A stretch of DNA of 18,836 nucleotides from Cyanobacteria bacterium J06626_4 (GTDB lineage: Bacteria > Cyanobacteriota > Cyanobacteriia > Phormidesmidales > Phormidesmidaceae). A program made the translations under genes and the position numbers. The DNA lies in NCBI GenBank assembly GCA_038523235.1, contig JBCBJQ010000113.1:1-18836 (forward strand). Reading direction: 5' to 3'. Of the stretch, positions 17,797 to 18,836 are shown piece after piece. The notes beneath the pieces were generated by a model that ran no database searches, was not told where the DNA came from, and worked only from the letters and a program-made list of their open reading frames with translations. Each line of letters opens with the position of its first letter. The first letter of the stretch is position 1.

Positions 17797-18273
17797 CTAC
17801 GACAATGAATGAATAATCAAATCGAAGTAGGGAGCCACCTCTTGGGCATCGTCGTCACTCATGACGGCCATCGCTTCCTCTTTGAGGCAGCGCATGCATT
17901 CGGCAATATTGCGAATGGGAATTTCTAAGTTGTTGTACATTTCCTTAATGCCGACGGTGCCGATTTCTTCTAGGGGGCGCTCACTGCCCGCCAGAATGGA
18001 ATAAGCAATCAGGCGCACATACCAACCTTGATCACGCTGGCAGGAATTGGTCTTGCGATCGACGCCACTATTACTCGGGGTATTAGGACAACGCTCCCAA
18101 AACTTTTTGCTGCCGTTCTGCACGATGCGCTGTTCATTTTCGGCTAGCGCCTTAGCAATCCGAATCCGCTGTTCTCCGGTTTTTGCGAAGTCTTGAAAAA
18201 TTCTCAGCTCTTTAGGGGCAGGATAACGGGCCTCACTATCGGCACTCAGAATCAGTTCCGTGACTAAGCTCAT
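17797..18273 (-). CDS. apcD5: Far-red allophycocyanin alpha-type subunit ApcD5 (also called ApcA2 in some clusters)
   Basis: MSLVTELILSADSEARYPAPKEL, FWERCPNTPSNSG, SCQRDQGWY. First gene of the array, upstream of apcB2. AGGAGA SD. Confidence 0.87.
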   Translation of the reverse strand: MSLVTELILSADSEARYPAPKELRIFQDFAKTGEQRIRIAKALAENEQRIVQNGSKKFWERCPNTPSNSGVDRKTNSCQRDQGWYVRLIAYSILAGSERPLEEIGTVGIKEMYNNLEIPIRNIAECMRCLKEEAMAVMSDDDAQEVAPYFDLIIHSLS

Positions 18274-18616
18274 GACTAGATTTCTCCTAATTTAACGCTG
18301 CATGAAAGATTCATATCAAGCAACAGCTTGAATTATCTTGCTCCTAGAGGTTTGAGATCTTTTCTTGAGTAAATTTTTGAAAATTCCATTCGAGAAATTT
18401 TAGTAATCAAATTGTTATCCAAAGCCAGCTTGCCTCTGATGAGAGGATACTTTGAGTGCTGGATGCTTCTCGCTGAAGACGGCTTCAACGGGAGCCAAAT
18501 CTATTTCACAGCAGTCACTCAGAGAGTTGACAACTGATTAAGATCGGGCCCATAGAAGATGAACTTCACTCAAAGGGTCATCAAGAAAATTCAGCAGAGA
18601 TGACCAGCATCTCGAC

Positions 18617-18835
18617 TCAAAACTCTTGACGTCTCTTCATTGATGAATACAGATAAGATTCCACTTGATCTAGAATCAGCTGCCTTGGCCTCTTTGAAAA
18701 GACTTCATCTTTTACTAGGTTTGAAAGGAGAATAAGCAAAAAAAATGAAGAACTTATGAACAGATCAAAATCGCTTAAAGAAACTTTTCGATAGGTCTCA
18801 TCGAATGGGGCCTTCACCAGTTCTTTAGATCTTTC
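18617..18835 (-). CDS. 3' end of an AT-rich hypothetical gene (truncated by window edge)
   Basis: Frame open from the window edge to TGA at 18619-18617. No recognisable motif and no resemblance to FaRLiP proteins. Confidence 0.4.
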   Translation of the reverse strand, partial: ERSKELVKAPFDETYRKVSLSDFDLFISSSFFLLILLSNLVKDEVFSKRPRQLILDQVESYLYSSMKRRQEF

Positions 18836-18836
18836 T

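Noticed and set aside
18300..18400. TC(A/G)A recurrences at 12-13 bp spacing upstream of apcD5 as a regulator site
   Set aside because: Too short and irregular in an AT-rich region to distinguish from chance.

Overview
Cyanobacterial DNA (GC-rich coding regions, frequent HIP1 octamer GCGATCGC) carrying the photosystem II and allophycocyanin part of a far-red light photoacclimation (FaRLiP) gene cluster. A minus-strand array runs apcD5-apcB2-apcD2-apcE2-[63-aa ORF]-apcD3-psbD3-psbC2-psbB2-psbH2-[48-aa membrane ORF]-ycf35, and it converges on a plus-strand far-red D1 gene (psbA3). chlF (psbA4), rfpABC and the far-red psa genes are not in the window, and unrelated genes flank both ends, so the cluster appears split. 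The left flank encodes a partial Imm32-like protein, an SPFH/prohibitin protein, a NodU/CmcH carbamoyltransferase, a small coiled-coil protein and a PEP-CTERM protein. The most interesting unexplained items are a 63-aa ORF overlapping the apcD3 start that carries a D1-like RIHIGWFGGL motif, a 48-aa single-helix protein with a strong Shine-Dalgarno after psbH2, a lone ycf35 at the operon end, and two tandem copies of a conserved motif-plus-terminator unit (candidate sRNAs) between the operon and psbA3.
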